Shown here piece by piece: positions 62,874 to 64,000 of a stretch of DNA of 64,000 nucleotides. Within the stretch, counting starts at the first letter, position 1, and each line of letters starts with the position of its first letter. The position numbers were made by a program, and so were the translations under genes. Location of the stretch: positions 83,856 through 147,855 of the forward strand of contig CALVFK010000001.1 of assembly GCA_944326805.1 (NCBI GenBank), written 5' to 3'. The notes below the pieces were generated by a model. That model had not been told where the DNA came from. It ran no database searches and saw nothing but the letters and a program-made list of their open reading frames with translations. The stretch comes from an uncultured Massilimicrobiota sp. GTDB taxonomy: Bacteria; Bacillota_I; Bacilli_A; Erysipelotrichales; Coprobacillaceae.

Positions 62874-63551
62874 TTATTCTTTTCCATAGTTTTTTCTATT
62901 GATATTGATAATTGGAATCATATCTTCATCATCAAATAAACTTAGCAAAGTTTCAGCATCATGTTTTTGTTTAAATTCTAATTCTTCTTGATAAAGAGGA
63001 AACAACTGATAAAAATTAATTTTACTTTTTGTCTTCATTCTTAAATCCAAATCATGCCCCTCTTTATCATAAACATCCACTAGCATCATACTACAAAATT
63101 GTGTGTTATTTGCATAAGGCGTATTTTCCTCATCAGAAGATACAGTATGTCCATAGCCTAGCCATGTATGACATTCTATTGGTAAACGTGCTAAAATTTT
63201 TAATTGTCTTATAGGCCAATAATCTTCTTCTTGACTTGAATTAATATCCCATGTCGCCGGAAGATATAAAACCAGCTCTGCTCTTTCCAACTCATATTGT
63301 TTTAATTTATCTGGAACATTCATTGGATAAGCTCCCATTCCCATTGTAATTAATTTATAATAAGGTCGTTCATTGGTGGGAGGGACAATAATTATATCTA
63401 AATGAATATCAGTAGATACAATCTCATGAAACACTTCCTTGTAGTCCCCAAATATTTCTTCAATATACTTTTCATATTCATCCAATTCTTTATCTGTATA
63501 TAAATACATATGATCTGTCTTTTTCTTTTTTAACTTATCTATTAATCCCAT
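62874..63551 (-). CDS. Suppressor-of-fused (SUFU) domain protein
   Basis: VFHEIVS.DIHLDI, LITMGMGA, RAEL, WP...LK.LAR, WLG.GHT, PLYQEEL.FK. Confidence 0.85.
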   Translation of the reverse strand: MGLIDKLKKKKTDHMYLYTDKELDEYEKYIEEIFGDYKEVFHEIVSTDIHLDIIIVPPTNERPYYKLITMGMGAYPMNVPDKLKQYELERAELVLYLPATWDINSSQEEDYWPIRQLKILARLPIECHTWLGYGHTVSSDEENTPYANNTQFCSMMLVDVYDKEGHDLDLRMKTKSKINFYQLFPLYQEELEFKQKHDAETLLSLFDDEDMIPIININRKNYGKE

Positions 63552-63604
63552 ATCACACCATCTCTTTCATACTGACCTGTTACTTCTAAAACATTGACAT
63601 CCAT
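63542..63604 (-). CDS. 20-aa mini-ORF MDVNVLEVTGQYERDGVIWD (possible deletion remnant)
   Basis: GGAG RBS, ATG at 63604, TAA overlapping the SUFU start. Confidence 0.35.
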   Translation of the reverse strand: MDVNVLEVTGQYERDGVIWD

Positions 63605-63644
63605 ATCAATCTCCATAAAATAATATATCATTATAAAACATATT

Positions 63645-63779
63645 TTACCAGCGTTTCATATTTCTTTGAAATTTTTCTATATAAGCGTGTCTTAATTCTT
63701 CTAAAGAAATATCAAAACATAATAAAACATCATTATAATACATTAAAACATCTACCAATTCTTTAAGCAAATCTTTTCT
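63645..63779 (-). pseudogene. 3' fragment of a MazG-like nucleotide pyrophosphohydrolase
   Basis: Translates RKDLLKELVDVLMYYNDVLLCFDISLEELRHAYIEKFQRNMKRW*; no start codon upstream of the fragment before the in-frame TAA at 63810-63812. Confidence 0.7.
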
Positions 63780-63784
63780 AAATA

Positions 63785-63812
63785 AAAACTGTTGAACGTC
63801 ATCAACAGTTTA
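63785..63812 (-). terminator. phoH terminator
   Basis: AACTGTTGA-N6-TCAACAGTT followed by a T run. Confidence 0.7.
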
Positions 63813-64000
63813 TATCATCATGATTCTTTTCATCATTTTCATAGCGTTCAATAATTCTTTGCACAACTGGATGTCTAACAACATCTAAAGCTGTTAAATA
63901 TACAAAACGAATACCTTTAACATCCTTTAATATATGCAAAGCTTTCTTTAAACCACTACCAACACCTTTAGGTAAGTCTATTTGTGTAATATCACCAGTA
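63802..64000 (-). CDS. phoH: PhoH-family protein, C-terminal part (gene runs off the window)
   Basis: Translates [17 protein letters not shown]...[16 protein letters not shown]...NC*. Confidence 0.9.
   Translation of the reverse strand, partial: TGDITQIDLPKGVGSGLKKALHILKDVKGIRFVYLTALDVVRHPVVQRIIERYENDEKNHDDINC

Overview
Low-GC core-genome window of a spore-forming Bacillota gut bacterium; gene content and sequence style suggest Erysipelotrichales/Coprobacillaceae (inference). Almost all genes are on the minus strand. Housekeeping blocks: (i) rpsB-tsf-pyrH-frr-uppS-cdsA-dxr-rseP-polC-rimP-nusA-ylxR-ylxQ-infB-rbfA; (ii) a Bacillus-like tig-lon-engB-spoVID-ysxE-valS-radC-mreCD-minCD-spoIVFAB block lacking clpX, hem, comC and mreB; (iii) rpsO-pnp-maf-pfk; (iv) ftsW-ylbDEF-rsmD-coaD-pyrBCKD; (v) def, metY, cotJ, ppdK, a DEAD-box helicase, folC, darA, mutY and a partial phoH. 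Cis-elements: a Val T-box, a preQ1-I riboswitch, candidate rimP, rpsB and rpsO leaders, two cre sites and several sigmaE/sigmaG-type promoters. No rRNA, tRNA, CRISPR array or transposase was seen. The most unusual items are: a degenerate DprA/Smf-like protein ending in a clamp-binding-like motif, coupled to a rhomboid protease and a membrane protein; an orphan double-glycine-leader cationic peptide with its own terminator; a membrane-anchored DUF4375/DMP19-like gene between the Val T-box and valS; GNAT-FolC and CotJA-CotJB fusions; and a decayed accessory patch (MazG remnant, 20-aa ORF, SUFU) behind phoH. All family assignments come from motif recognition by eye; no database searches were run.
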